The notes below the pieces were generated by a model. The model ran no database searches and had not been told where the DNA came from. It saw only the letters and a list, made by a program, of their open reading frames with translations. This document shows positions 45,034 through 57,954 of a stretch of DNA of 64,000 nt, piece by piece. A program made the position numbers and the translations under genes. The DNA lies in NCBI RefSeq assembly GCF_056712565.1, contig NZ_CM160072.1. One strand, written 5' to 3'. Numbering within the stretch: the first letter of the stretch is position 1; each line of letters starts with the position of its first letter.

Positions 45034-47385
45034 TCAAAATAGCCCAAGTTGCCCGGTCATAAGTGTAGCAAAATTATCCTCAATAAAAGGGAGTATTCCC
45101 TCCGCCACGGGTTGTAACTGGCGGGTCAGATAGTGTTCGTAATCCAGCGGTGAACGTTGGTAGTCCAGCGGCTCCGGGCCGTTGGTGGTCCATACGTACT
45201 TAATGGTGCCGCGGTTCTGATATTGCAAGGGGCGACCGCGCTTATGGTTTTCTTCATCGGCAAGGCGAGCGGCGCGTACATGAGGCGGAACATTACGCTG
45301 ATATTCGCTCAGCGGACGGCGAAGGCGTTTACGGTAAACCAGCCGCGTGTCCAGTTCGCCCGCCATCAGCTTGTCGATGGTTTCGCGCACGTATTCCTGA
45401 TATGGCTCGTTGCGGAAGATGCGCAGGTAAAGCTCCTGCTGAAACTGCTGGGCCAGCGGCGTCCAGTCGGTGCGCACGGTTTCCAGCCCTTTAAACACCA
45501 TCCGCTGTTTGTCGCCCTCCTGAATCAGTCCGGCGTAGCGCTTTTTGCTGCCGGTATCGGCCCCGCGAATGGTTGGCATCAGAAAACGGCAGAAATGGGT
45601 TTCATACTCCAGTTCCAGTGCGCTGGTCAGCCGTTGTTTTTGCAGCGTTTCCGCCCACCAGGCGTTAACGTGCTGCACCAGTGCACGACCGATTTTCGCT
45701 GCTTCTTCTTCCGAATGTGCACCTTTCAGCCAGACAAACGTTGAGTCGGTATCGCCGTAGATAACATCATAGCCCTGCGCTTCAATCAAGGTTTTGGTTT
45801 GCCGCATGATCTGATGACCACGCATGGTGATCGACGATGCCAGGCGTGGATCGAAGAAACGGCAGGCGGTGGTGCCGAGCACACCATAAAAGGCATTCAT
45901 AATGATCTTCAGCGCCTGCGAAAGCGGCTTATTACCCTGACGTTTGGCTTCATCGCGCCCGTGCCAGATGTTAGTCACAATCTCCGGCAGGCAATGTTTC
46001 TCCCGTGAGAACCAGGCATCGAGAAAACCTTCGGTACTGTGCTCTGGATCAGGCTGCGCCATGCCTTCCACCAGCCCGACGGGATCAATCAGAAAGGTGC
46101 GGATGATCGACGGGTACAGGCTTTTGTAGTCCAGCACCAGCACCGAATCATAAAGCCCAGGTCGCGAATCCATCACGTAGCCGCCAGGGCTGGCGTGCGG
46201 CGGCACTTCGCCGAGATTAGGCGCGACATAACCAGCGCGATGCATACGGGGAAAATAGAGATGACCAAACGCTGCCACCGAACCGCCGTGTCGATCTACC
46301 GGCAGGCCGTTCACCGTCGCCCGTTCGAGCAAAAACGGCATGATTTCAGTTTTGTGGAAGATCTGCGTCACCAGCTCGCAATCTTTCAGGTTATAAGTTG
46401 CCAGCGCAGGCTTATCTTCGGCGAAACGGCGGTCAATTTCGTCCATTCGATCCCACGGGTTATCGATAGATTTTCCTTCGCCTAATAACTCCTGAGCGAC
46501 GGTTTCCAGCGAGAATGAAGAGAAATTCCAGAACGCGGATTTCAGCGCCTCGATACCGTCGATAATCAGTCGCCCTTTGGCCTGAGCAAAAAAGACGTCG
46601 TTTTTAAAGCCGTGCTCGCGCCACTCCAGCTCGCTGTTATCACGCCCCAGACGCAGCGGAATACGGTAACGCTCGGCATGTTTTTGCAGCATTCGCAGAT
46701 CGAACTGCACCACGTTCCAACCGATGATCACATCAGGATCATGAGTCGCAAACCAGGCGTTAAGTTTTTCCAGTAGCAGCGGGCGGCTGGCGACGTATTC
46801 CAGTTCAAAATCGAGCGCGGAGGCGTCGCCATTCTCTGGCCCCAGCATATAAACGATACGCTGCCCGCAACCTTCCAGGCCGATGCAGTACAGCTCACCG
46901 TGGCGGGTGGTTTCAATATCAATAGAAACCCACTTGAGCGGCGGACGATAGTCGGGATGCGGTTTCAGACGGGCATTAACGATAGCGCCGTTGCGCATAT
47001 CACCCTCGACCCACACTGGCGAGGTGATAAACCGCTCCATCAGATAGCGTTCTGGCGGGCGCACATCGGCCTCGTAGACGGTAACGCCACCTTCACGCAG
47101 GCGCTTTTCGTAATTCATCAACTGGCGATGGGCGCGACAGTAAAGGCCATACACCGGCTGGCGGTGAAAATCTTTTAACGCCAGCGGCGTCAGGCGAAAG
47201 CCTTGTTCACCCTGCAAAATATGCTGAGCGCGGGGAACATGATCGGCGGGAATAAATGCCACGGACTCTTGCGGCGCAAGCGTAACCTGCAACGGCCCGT
47301 TGTCCGTTGCCAGCCAGAAGGAAACTTCGGTCCCTTGCGGGGTGTCCCGCCAGTGTCGGGTTAAGATAAAACCTGCCTGCGCCAC
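45034..47385 (-). CDS. polB: DNA polymerase II (B-family)
   Basis: 783 aa; exonuclease and YGDTDS polymerase motifs. Confidence 0.95.
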   Translation of the reverse strand: MAQAGFILTRHWRDTPQGTEVSFWLATDNGPLQVTLAPQESVAFIPADHVPRAQHILQGEQGFRLTPLALKDFHRQPVYGLYCRAHRQLMNYEKRLREGGVTVYEADVRPPERYLMERFITSPVWVEGDMRNGAIVNARLKPHPDYRPPLKWVSIDIETTRHGELYCIGLEGCGQRIVYMLGPENGDASALDFELEYVASRPLLLEKLNAWFATHDPDVIIGWNVVQFDLRMLQKHAERYRIPLRLGRDNSELEWREHGFKNDVFFAQAKGRLIIDGIEALKSAFWNFSSFSLETVAQELLGEGKSIDNPWDRMDEIDRRFAEDKPALATYNLKDCELVTQIFHKTEIMPFLLERATVNGLPVDRHGGSVAAFGHLYFPRMHRAGYVAPNLGEVPPHASPGGYVMDSRPGLYDSVLVLDYKSLYPSIIRTFLIDPVGLVEGMAQPDPEHSTEGFLDAWFSREKHCLPEIVTNIWHGRDEAKRQGNKPLSQALKIIMNAFYGVLGTTACRFFDPRLASSITMRGHQIMRQTKTLIEAQGYDVIYGDTDSTFVWLKGAHSEEEAAKIGRALVQHVNAWWAETLQKQRLTSALELEYETHFCRFLMPTIRGADTGSKKRYAGLIQEGDKQRMVFKGLETVRTDWTPLAQQFQQELYLRIFRNEPYQEYVRETIDKLMAGELDTRLVYRKRLRRPLSEYQRNVPPHVRAARLADEENHKRGRPLQYQNRGTIKYVWTTNGPEPLDYQRSPLDYEHYLTRQLQPVAEGILPFIEDNFATLMTGQLGLF

Positions 47386-47459
47386 GCTGAAAATCCAATA
47401 AAAAACCAGGCTTGATTATAGCCTGGTTTCGTTTGATTGGCTGTGGTTTTATACAGTCA

Positions 47460-48155
47460 TTACTGCCCGTAATATGCCTTCGCGCCATGCTTACGCAGAT
47501 AGTGTTTATCCAGTAGCGTTTGCTGCATATCCGGTAACTGCGGCGCTAACTGACGGCAGAATATACCCATATAAGCGACTTCTTCCAGCACGATGGCGTT
47601 ATGCACCGCATCTTCGGCATTTTTGCCCCATGCAAACGGGCCGTGAGAATGGACCAGCACGCCGGGCATTTGCGCTGCATCGATACCCTGTTTTTCGAAG
47701 GTTTCTACGATGACGTTACCGGTTTCCCACTCATATTCACCGTTGATTTCTGCGTCGGTCATTTTGCGGGTGCAGGGAATGGTGCCGTAGAAATAGTCGG
47801 CGTGGGTGGTACCGGTTGCTGGAATCGACTGACCCGCCTGCGCCCAGATGGTGGCGTGGCGCGAGTGTGTGTGCACAATGCCGCCAATAGACGGGAATGC
47901 CTGATAGAGCAGCCGGTGAGTTGGCGTGTCGGAGGAGGGCTTTTTCGTACCTTCAACCACTTCACCGGTTTCGATGCTGACCACGACCATATCGTCAGCG
48001 GTCATGGTGCTGTAGTCGACGCCGGAAGGTTTGATCACCAGGACGCCGCGCCCGCGATCAACGGCGCTGACATTGCCCCAGGTGAGCGTGACCAGGTTGT
48101 GTTTTGGCAGCGCCAGGTTGGCTTCTAAGACCTGGCGTTTGAGATCTTCTAACAT
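47460..48155 (-). CDS. araD: L-ribulose-5-phosphate 4-epimerase
   Basis: 231 aa [33 protein letters not shown]... Confidence 0.95.
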   Translation of the reverse strand: MLEDLKRQVLEANLALPKHNLVTLTWGNVSAVDRGRGVLVIKPSGVDYSTMTADDMVVVSIETGEVVEGTKKPSSDTPTHRLLYQAFPSIGGIVHTHSRHATIWAQAGQSIPATGTTHADYFYGTIPCTRKMTDAEINGEYEWETGNVIVETFEKQGIDAAQMPGVLVHSHGPFAWGKNAEDAVHNAIVLEEVAYMGIFCRQLAPQLPDMQQTLLDKHYLRKHGAKAYYGQ

Positions 48156-48159
48156 GTTG

Positions 48160-48438
48160 ACTCCTTCGTGCCGGATGCGCTTTGCTTATCCGGCCTACAA
48201 AATCGCAGCGTGTAGGCCTGATAAGACGCGTCGGCGTCGCATCAGGCGGTGAATGCCGGATGCGCTTTGCTTATCCGGCCTACAAATCCGGAACGCGTAG
48301 GCCTGATAAGACGCGCCAGCGCCGCATCAGGCGGTGAATGCCGGATGCGCTTTGCTTATCCGGCCTACAAATCCGGAACGCGTAGGCCTGATAAGACGCG
48401 TCAGCGTCGCATCAGGCGTTACATACCTGATGCGGCTA
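48160..48438. repeat. BIME: about three tandem ~100-bp units of paired REP palindromes between araD and araA
   Basis: tgccggatgcgctttgcttatccggcctacaaa...gtaggcctgataagacgcg..gcgtcgcatcaggcg repeated three times with small differences. Confidence 0.65.
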
Positions 48439-48439
48439 C

Positions 48440-49942
48440 TTAGCGACGAAATCCGTAATACACTTCGTTCCAGCGCAGCGCGTCTTTAAACGCTGGAAGG
48501 CGGGTATCGTTATCAATCACTGTGATTTCAATGTCGTGCATCTCGGCGAACTGGCGCATATCGTTGAGGTTCAGCGCATGGCTGAAGACGGTATGGTGCG
48601 CGCCACCGGCAAGGATCCACGCTTCGGAAGCGGTCGGCAGATCCGGTTGCGCTTTCCACAGCGCATTCGCCACCGGCAGTTTCGGCAGGGAGTGCGGTGT
48701 TTTCACCGTGTCGATGCAGTTAACCAGCAGACGGTAACGATCGCCGAGATCAATCAGGCTGGCGACAATGGCTGGACCGGTTTGAGTGTTGAAGATCAGG
48801 CGGGCAGGATCGTCTTTACCGCCAATACCGAGATGCTGAACGTCGAGGATCGGTTTCTCTTCCACAGCGATCGACGGACAGACTTCCAGCATATGGGAGC
48901 CGAGTACCAGGTCATTACCTTTCTCGAAGTGATAGGTGTAGTCCTCCATAAAGGAGGTGCCGCCCTGCAGACCGGTTGACATCACCTTCATGATGCGAAG
49001 CAGGGCGGCAGTTTTCCAGTCGCCTTCGCCCGCAAAGCCGTAGCCCTGCTGCATCAGACGCTGTACGGCCAGACCCGGAAGCTGTTTCAGGCCGTGCAAA
49101 TCTTCAAAGGTAGTAGTGAAAGCGTGGAAGCCACCTTGTTCCAGGAAACGCTTCATCCCCAGCTCAATACGCGCCGCTTCCAGCACGTTCTGTCGTTTTT
49201 CGCCGTGGATTTGTGTGGCAGGTGTCATGGTGTAGCAGCTTTCGTACTCATCGACCAGCGCGTTAACATCGCCGTCGCTTATGGAGTTCACCACCTGCAC
49301 CAGATCGCCAACCGCCCAGGTATTGACGGAGAAACCAAACTTGATCTGTGCGGCAACTTTATCGCCATCGGTGACCGCTACTTCACGCATGTTATCGCCA
49401 AAACGGCAGACTTTCAGATGACGGGTATCCTGTTTAGAGACCGCCTGACGCATCCAGGAGCCAATACGCTCATGTGCTTGTTTATCCTGCCAGTGACCGG
49501 TAACAACGGCATGTTGCTGACGCATACGCGCGCCGATGAAGCCGAACTCGCGACCGCCATGCGCGGTCTGGTTCAGGTTCATAAAGTCCATGTCGATGCT
49601 GTCCCACGGCAGCGCCGCGTTGAACTGGGTGTGGAATTGCAGCAACGGTTTGTTGAGCATGGTCAGGCCGTTGATCCACATTTTGGCCGGGGAGAAGGTG
49701 TGCAGCCACACCACCAGACCAGCGCAACGATCGTCGTAATTCGCGTCGCGGCAAATAGCGGTGATTTCATCCGGCGTGGTGCCCAGCGGTTTCAGCACCA
49801 GTTTGCAGGGCAACTTCGCTTCTGTATTCAGTGCATTAACAACGTGTTCCGCATGTTGCGTCACCTGGCGCAGAGTCTCCGGGCCGTAAAGATGTTGGCT
49901 GCCAATTACAAACCACACTTCATAATTATCAAAAATCGTCAT
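48440..49942 (-). CDS. araA: L-arabinose isomerase
   Basis: 500 aa [30 protein letters not shown]... Confidence 0.95.
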
Positions 49943-49952
49943 TGTCGTGTCC

Positions 49953-51991
<2,039 letters not shown>

Positions 51992-52837
51992 ATGGCTGAA
52001 GCGCAAAATGCTCCCCTGCTGCCGGGATACTCGTTTAACGCCCATCTGGTGGCGGGTTTAACGCCGATTGAGGCCAACGGTTATCTCGATTTTTTTATCG
52101 ACCGACCGCTGGGAATGAAAGGTTATATTCTCAATCTCACCATTCGCGGTCAGGGGGTGGTGAAAAATCAGGGACGAGAATTTGTCTGCCGACCGGGTGA
52201 TATTTTGCTGTTCCCGCCTGGAGAGATTCATCACTACGGTCGTCATCCGGAGGCTCACGAATGGTATCACCAGTGGGTTTACTTTCGTCCGCGCGCCTAC
52301 TGGCATGAATGGCTTAACTGGCCGTCGATATTTGCCAATACCGGTTTCTTTCGCCCGGATGAAGCGCACCAGCCGCATTTCAGCGACCTGTTTGGGCAAA
52401 TCATTAATGCCGGACAAGGGGAAGGGCGCTATTCGGAATTGCTGGCGATAAATCTGCTTGAGCAATTGTTACTGCGGCGCATGGAAGCGATTAACGAGTC
52501 GCTCCATCCACCGATGGATAATCGGGTACGCGAGGCTTGTCAGTACATCAGCGATCACCTGGCAGACAGTAATTTTGATATCGCCAGCGTCGCACAGCAT
52601 GTCTGCCTGTCGCCGTCGCGTCTGTCGCATTTGTTCCGCCAGCAGTTAGGGATTAGCGTATTAAGCTGGCGCGAGGACCAGCGCATCAGTCAGGCGAAGC
52701 TGCTTTTGAGCACCACCCGGATGCCTATCGCCACCGTCGGTCGCAATGTCGGTTTTGATGATCAACTCTATTTCTCGCGAGTATTTAAAAAATGCACCGG
52801 GGCGAGTCCGAGCGAGTTTAGGGCAGGTTGTGAATAA
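51992..52837 (+). CDS. araC: Arabinose operon regulator AraC, C-terminally shortened (281 aa instead of 292)
   Basis: ORF 51941..52837 trimmed to ATG 51992 ([35 protein letters not shown]...); ends ...[12 protein letters not shown]; the missing tail EKVNDVAVKLS-stop is found 1.8 kb downstream at 54663..54698. Confidence 0.9.
   Translation: MAEAQNAPLLPGYSFNAHLVAGLTPIEANGYLDFFIDRPLGMKGYILNLTIRGQGVVKNQGREFVCRPGDILLFPPGEIHHYGRHPEAHEWYHQWVYFRPRAYWHEWLNWPSIFANTGFFRPDEAHQPHFSDLFGQIINAGQGEGRYSELLAINLLEQLLLRRMEAINESLHPPMDNRVREACQYISDHLADSNFDIASVAQHVCLSPSRLSHLFRQQLGISVLSWREDQRISQAKLLLSTTRMPIATVGRNVGFDDQLYFSRVFKKCTGASPSEFRAGCE
52826..52834. repeat. Left copy of the 9-bp direct repeat GGTTGTGAA flanking the araC-yabI insertion
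   Basis: Exact 9-mer also present at 54654..54662; both copies lie in the araC codons Gly-Cys-Glu. Confidence 0.7.
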
Positions 52838-53351
52838 TAAGAAAGAAGGGGGGGAACCCCCTTGCTTTCTTCATCTGACGTTATTTATATATTTCACGGG
52901 GGATTAATTTTAGTTATTTTTAGTTGAATCGTTTTACCTGAATTATTTTTTTTCTTGATAAAATATCGACAACGATTTCTTTTTGTAAAAATAAAACGAA
53001 GGCTTATGTATCGGGATACCCATCATGAACATATTGTCCGGTTGCATCAGGAGAATATATCAAGCGGTTTGTTCATCGTAGGAACACCACATTGAGCGGT
53101 TATGGCAGGCACTTCACGCCACCATAAATGCCGTTCGATGTGGCAGTTGTTGAAAAAAGTACGGCATTCTATGAAAAACGCCAGTTACTCCCTCAGAGGA
53201 GAACATGGTCTGGCAAAAGTGTAGCGGCATCAGGCGCAGCTATCTTTGTAAATTCATTCATAAAATGAATTGTATACAAAAAAATATTGAAAAATAATAT
53301 TTTTCCTTATTGATATTATTTGCTATACGTTTTTTTTGAGGGGAGATTGTG

Positions 53352-54200
53352 ATGAGCAAACGTAACGATATTACTGATGGAATATTTGCAACAACGAAAA
53401 AGTATGGATTAGTTTATACCGAAGAGTTAGGTTGGATCGATTTGGGGCATGCTCAGGGACAAGATGCCAGAATATTAAAAAGAAAATTGGAGCAAGAACA
53501 TTTTTCAACATATTACGATGAATTTCATGATTGGTATTTTCCTGTTGATTATCATCAGGAAATGGGAATTCGGAAAAAAATATTAGGAGTAGATCTTACA
53601 TTTCATACCGGTGTTTATACGAAGGTTATGGTTCGTTCATGTCTTTCACCCACTCTTAAAGCAAGAGTTGCCTTAACGTTAATGTATGGAACTGCGAAGA
53701 GGTTTGAAGCATGGCAAAACTCATTTATTTTTAACTGGTATACTGATAGCGGATTTAGTGCAGAAGATTTAGTCTCAGACTTGATTGGTTTTTATCGTGT
53801 ATTTGGAACAGGCCCCGATCCACTTTTATTGGCAAAACCTTTATCTTACACAAAAGCCTTACAAATATGGGATACATATGGAGCGCCAGGGAATTTTAAA
53901 AATACTGAGTTTACGCCATTCTTATTTACAACCCATCCTCCTTTTAAAAAAAATCAACTAATAAAAAAGAAGCTTCCAGAATGGTTAAATTATATAAAGC
54001 CATTAGATGAGTCTTTTTCAATATTGTTATATAATCAATATAATAATAGACCTGTTACTAATTATTATAAAGATAAAAACAGAATAAATCATGAGTTGTA
54101 TAGTTCATTATCAAGTTCGGGAGCTATAAAGTTTTCAGAATCTCCCTTTGAAAGACCGCTTTTTCTTTTCTTAAACCCTCATTATCCGCACAGGTCGTGA
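53352..54200 (+). CDS. Hypothetical protein, 282 aa, no signal peptide or TM segment (island gene A)
   Basis: ORF 53349..54200; ATG 53352 preferred over GTG 53349 (SD gaggggag 7 nt upstream); MSKRNDITDGIFATTKKYGLVYTEELGWIDLGHAQG...; I cannot assign a family from sequence alone. Confidence 0.6.
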   Translation: MSKRNDITDGIFATTKKYGLVYTEELGWIDLGHAQGQDARILKRKLEQEHFSTYYDEFHDWYFPVDYHQEMGIRKKILGVDLTFHTGVYTKVMVRSCLSPTLKARVALTLMYGTAKRFEAWQNSFIFNWYTDSGFSAEDLVSDLIGFYRVFGTGPDPLLLAKPLSYTKALQIWDTYGAPGNFKNTEFTPFLFTTHPPFKKNQLIKKKLPEWLNYIKPLDESFSILLYNQYNNRPVTNYYKDKNRINHELYSSLSSSGAIKFSESPFERPLFLFLNPHYPHRS

Positions 54201-54206
54201 GTAGAG

Positions 54207-54629
54207 ATGTCAAAATATATTTATATTTTATTATCATTTTTAGTTTTATTCTTTATATTTTTCTATGCTTATATCTCATTGATGTCAAAGGAACATCACT
54301 ATACACAGCATGAACTTTCCCCATTTTTCCTTTATACGCCAGAGAGTTTGCGAAATTTGCCAAACATATCAAACGTAGCCGAGTATAGCTATTACTATAA
54401 TGTTGATGATATGCAAACAAGAGTGATTGTTACATGGCGAAATATAGATAACATTTTTCTTCAGAAAGCAAAGCTAATAGATTTTTTGAAAAGAATGGGA
54501 CCGAGTCTACAAAACGATTGTATATGGTTTTTTCATGATAAAAGTGATTATGCAAATAATTTCCAGCGTTATTGCATCATTGAGCACCGTGATTCTCTGC
54601 AGGTGGAATATTTTGAGACTATCGAATGA
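54207..54629 (+). CDS. Hypothetical small membrane-anchored protein, 140 aa (island gene B)
   Basis: Starts 6 nt after gene A stop on the same strand; N-terminal hydrophobic segment IYILLSFLVLFFIFFYAYISL followed by a ~115-aa soluble domain. Confidence 0.55.
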   Translation: MSKYIYILLSFLVLFFIFFYAYISLMSKEHHYTQHELSPFFLYTPESLRNLPNISNVAEYSYYYNVDDMQTRVIVTWRNIDNIFLQKAKLIDFLKRMGPSLQNDCIWFFHDKSDYANNFQRYCIIEHRDSLQVEYFETIE

Positions 54630-54653
54630 TAGGCAGAGGGTGTCTTTTGTGCC

Positions 54654-54662
54654 GGTTGTGAA
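54654..54662. repeat. Right copy of the 9-bp direct repeat GGTTGTGAA
   Basis: Followed in frame by GAAAAAGTGAATGATGTAGCCGTCAAGTTGTCATAA encoding EKVNDVAVKLS-stop, the displaced AraC C-terminus. Confidence 0.7.
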
Positions 54663-54783
54663 GAAAAAGTGAATGATGTAGCCGTCAAGTTGTCATAATT
54701 GGTAACGAATCAGATAATTGACGGCTTGACGGAGTAGCATAGGGTTTGCAGAATCCCTGCTTCGTCCATTTGATAGGCACATT

Positions 54784-55548
54784 ATGCAAGCATTGCTGGA
54801 ACACTTTATTACCCAATCCACCGTGTATTCATTGATGGCGGTGGTGTTGGTGGCCTTTCTGGAGTCGCTGGCGCTGGTCGGTTTGATTCTACCCGGTACG
54901 GTGCTGATGGCGGGGCTGGGAGCGCTGATTGGTAGCGGTGAGTTAAGTTTCTGGTACGCCTGGCTGGCGGGGATTATTGGCTGCCTGATGGGCGACTGGA
55001 TCTCCTTCTGGCTGGGCTGGCGTTTTAAAAAGCCGTTGCATCGCTGGTCATTTCTGAAGAAGAACAAAGCATTACTCGATAAAACCGAACATGCGCTGCA
55101 TCAGCACAGCATGTTCACCATTCTGGTCGGTCGTTTTGTCGGTCCGACGCGTCCGCTGGTGCCAATGGTGGCGGGAATGCTGGATCTCCCGGTGGCAAAA
55201 TTTATTACGCCGAATATTATCGGCTGCTTGCTGTGGCCACAGTTTTACTTCCTGCCGGGGATTCTGGCGGGTGCGGCGATCGATATTCCTGCCGGGATGC
55301 AGAGCGGTGAGTTTAAATGGTTGCTGCTGGCAACAGCGGTGTTTTTGTGGGTTGGAGGCTGGCTGTGCTGGCGGTTATGGCGCAGCGGTAAAGCGACTGA
55401 CCGTTTGAGTCATTATTTGTCCCGCGGTCGTTTGTTGTGGCTGACGCCGTTGATTTCTGCCATCGGCGTGGTGGCGCTGGTGGTGTTAATTCGCCACCCG
55501 TTGATGCCGGTGTATATCGATATTTTGCGTAAAGTGGTTGGGGTTTAG
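54784..55548 (+). CDS. yabI: DedA-family inner membrane protein YabI
   Basis: 254 aa polytopic membrane protein. Confidence 0.9.
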   Translation: MQALLEHFITQSTVYSLMAVVLVAFLESLALVGLILPGTVLMAGLGALIGSGELSFWYAWLAGIIGCLMGDWISFWLGWRFKKPLHRWSFLKKNKALLDKTEHALHQHSMFTILVGRFVGPTRPLVPMVAGMLDLPVAKFITPNIIGCLLWPQFYFLPGILAGAAIDIPAGMQSGEFKWLLLATAVFLWVGGWLCWRLWRSGKATDRLSHYLSRGRLLWLTPLISAIGVVALVVLIRHPLMPVYIDILRKVVGV

Positions 55549-55567
55549 GGGATAGCCTTGTGCGGGT

Positions 55568-55658
<91 letters not shown>

Positions 55659-55661
55659 ATA

Positions 55662-56360
55662 TTAACCTTTAATTCCCAACAGCGCCGAAGCACTCGCCTT
55701 ACCGCTCAACAACTCATCGGTCTTACCCTGCCAGGCGATACGCCCGTCGGCGACCACCACCGAGCGCGTGGCGATCCGCGCCGCATCTTCCACACTGTGC
55801 GACACCATCAAGAGCGTCATTTTTTGCTGTTGGCAGCTCGAACTCACCAGCGTCAGCATCTCCTGACGTAGCGCCGGATCGAGTGCGGAAAACGGTTCAT
55901 CGAGCAATAAAATGGGCTGTTCGCGTACCAGACAACGCGCTAACGCCACGCGCTGTCGCTGACCGCCGGAAAGCTCGCCAGGTAACCGCGCCATTAAATT
56001 ATCAATCCCCATCTGGTGGGCAATCGCGTGCATTTTCTTCTGCTGCGCCGCATTTAGTTTCAACCCCGGATTTAGCCCCAGCCCGATGTTTTGCGCGACC
56101 GTCAGATGGCTGAACAGGTTGTTCTCCTGAAACAGCATCGACACCGGACGGCGTGACGGCGGCGTCGTGGTGTGATCTACGTCGTCGATAGTCAGCAAAC
56201 CGCTGGCTGGCGTCAGAAAACCGGCGATCAAATTAAGCAGGGTACTTTTACCTGCGCCGCTTGGCCCGAGGATCGCCACCTGCTCGCCGCGTTCCACCGT
56301 TAAGCTAAAACGCATCGGCAAATGGTGGTAAAGCCAGGTGATATCAGTCAGTTTTAACAT
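55662..56360 (-). CDS. thiQ: Thiamine ABC transporter ATP-binding protein
   Basis: ORF 55662..56381 trimmed to [13 protein letters not shown]... (232 aa); Walker [10 protein letters not shown]. Confidence 0.9.
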   Translation of the reverse strand: MLKLTDITWLYHHLPMRFSLTVERGEQVAILGPSGAGKSTLLNLIAGFLTPASGLLTIDDVDHTTTPPSRRPVSMLFQENNLFSHLTVAQNIGLGLNPGLKLNAAQQKKMHAIAHQMGIDNLMARLPGELSGGQRQRVALARCLVREQPILLLDEPFSALDPALRQEMLTLVSSSCQQQKMTLLMVSHSVEDAARIATRSVVVADGRIAWQGKTDELLSGKASASALLGIKG

Positions 56361-57954
56361 TTCGCCCCGGTATTTTTTCAATCACGGTAAACAGCAGAAA
56401 ACAGAGCAGCAGCAGAATTAACGCGGTGACCGCGCCGTCCTGGCTGCGATAGGAGCCAATTTGCTGGTAGAGATAAAACGGCAGGGTACGGAAATCATCG
56501 TTACCGAACAATGCCACCACGCCAAAATCACCAATCGACAGCACACAAGCAAAGGCCAGCGCCTGCGCCAGTGGACGTTTTAGGGCGCGCAGCTCCACCA
56601 CTTTTAAGCGTGACCAGCCTTCAATGCCCAGCGACTGACACAACATGCTGTAGCGGGCGGTGATATCGCGCATCGGGTTTTCCAGCACTTTCAGCGCATA
56701 AGGGATTGCCATTAACGCATTGGTGAAAATCACAATGCCGTCAGCAGATTGTGGCAGGCCGATAGTGTTGTTGAGCAGTAAAAAGAAGCCCGTAGCCAGC
56801 ACAATCCCCGGCATGGCGAGGATCAACATGCCGCTCATCTCCAGCGCCTGACCCGCCAGCATTTTCTGCCGCGCCCGAAGTTCGCGACTGCTCCATAGCA
56901 GCATCATGGTCAGCACTACGCACAATACGCCTGCCGCCAGCGCAATACGCAACGAGGTCCACAGCGCCTGCCACAGCACCGGTTGTGCCAGCACTTCCGG
57001 CAACTGGCGATTTACCCCATCGACGATCACCGCCAGTAACGGTGGCAGCAACAGCAGCAGCGCCAGCACAATTAACGCCGTGTCGCAAATGCGACTATGC
57101 AGACGATCGTCCGGGTCGCGCCAGCCTTGCAGCAGTGTGGTACCAGGCGCAATGGCCTTACTCAATCGCTGACTCAACAGCACCAGCCCGAGGCAGCACA
57201 CCATCTGGATCAGCGCCAGCATTGCCGCGCGGGCAGGATCGTAGTCGTAACTCAGCGCCTGATAGATTGCCAGCTCGATAGTGGTCGCCTGCGGACCGCC
57301 GCCCAGCGATAGCACGGTGGCGAAGCTGGCGAAACAGAGCATAAAGATTAGTGCGGCAACCGGCGGGATTTGTCGCCGTAACCACGGCCATTCGACGAAA
57401 CGGAAAAAATGCCAGCCGTGCATCCCAAGTTGGGCGGCAAGCTGACGTTGTTCGCCGGGAATGTTTTCCAGTGCCTGGAGTAATAAACGGCTAGCCATCG
57501 GCAGATTAAAAAACACATGGGCCAGCAAAATGCCTTGCAGGCCGTAGGGCGAAAAGGTCCACTCCAGACCAAGTGATTGCCAGAGCGAGGCCAGCCAGCC
57601 CTGGCGACCATAGACGCTAAGAATGCCGAAAACAGCAACCAGCACCGGGAGGATCAAGGTCATTGCGCACAGACGCAACAGCATCTGTCGCCCAGGAAAG
57701 CGCCTGCGATAGAGGGCGCGGGCGAGGAATATTGCGGGTACGACAGAGAGCAGCGCCGAGAGAAACGCCTGCCAGAAGGAGAAGCGCACCACATGCCACA
57801 GGTAGCTGTCCTGCCAGACTGCCACCCAGTCACCCTGCGGCGCGTTCCACCACAGGGCGAGAAACGCCGCCAGTGCAACCGCCACCACCAGCGTGGCGGC
57901 GCTTACGCCTGGAATTAACCAGCCGGGAATTAACGGCTGACGGCGCGTTGCCAT
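56344..57954 (-). CDS. thiP: Thiamine ABC transporter permease
   Basis: 536 aa polytopic membrane protein; overlaps thiQ start. Confidence 0.93.
   Translation of the reverse strand: MATRRQPLIPGWLIPGVSAATLVVAVALAAFLALWWNAPQGDWVAVWQDSYLWHVVRFSFWQAFLSALLSVVPAIFLARALYRRRFPGRQMLLRLCAMTLILPVLVAVFGILSVYGRQGWLASLWQSLGLEWTFSPYGLQGILLAHVFFNLPMASRLLLQALENIPGEQRQLAAQLGMHGWHFFRFVEWPWLRRQIPPVAALIFMLCFASFATVLSLGGGPQATTIELAIYQALSYDYDPARAAMLALIQMVCCLGLVLLSQRLSKAIAPGTTLLQGWRDPDDRLHSRICDTALIVLALLLLLPPLLAVIVDGVNRQLPEVLAQPVLWQALWTSLRIALAAGVLCVVLTMMLLWSSRELRARQKMLAGQALEMSGMLILAMPGIVLATGFFLLLNNTIGLPQSADGIVIFTNALMAIPYALKVLENPMRDITARYSMLCQSLGIEGWSRLKVVELRALKRPLAQALAFACVLSIGDFGVVALFGNDDFRTLPFYLYQQIGSYRSQDGAVTALILLLLCFLLFTVIEKIPGRNVKTD

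Larger units (their letters stand above)
52835..54662 (+). other. 1.83 kb AT-rich accessory insertion in the 3' end of araC carrying two uncharacterised genes
   Basis: Sequence is visibly AT-rich relative to its flanks; bounded by the 9-bp direct repeat; araC-yabI spacing is otherwise as in K-12 (from memory); no integrase, transposase or tRNA inside. Confidence 0.75.

Noticed and set aside
48160-48438. Possible CRISPR array (tandem repeats)
   Set aside because: The repeats are REP/BIME palindromes with repeated rather than unique inter-repeat sequence, and there are no cas genes in the window.
52835-54662. Island as prophage remnant or integrative element
   Set aside because: No integrase, recombinase, tRNA/tmRNA attachment site or phage structural genes; only two small ORFs, so treated as a simple accessory insertion.
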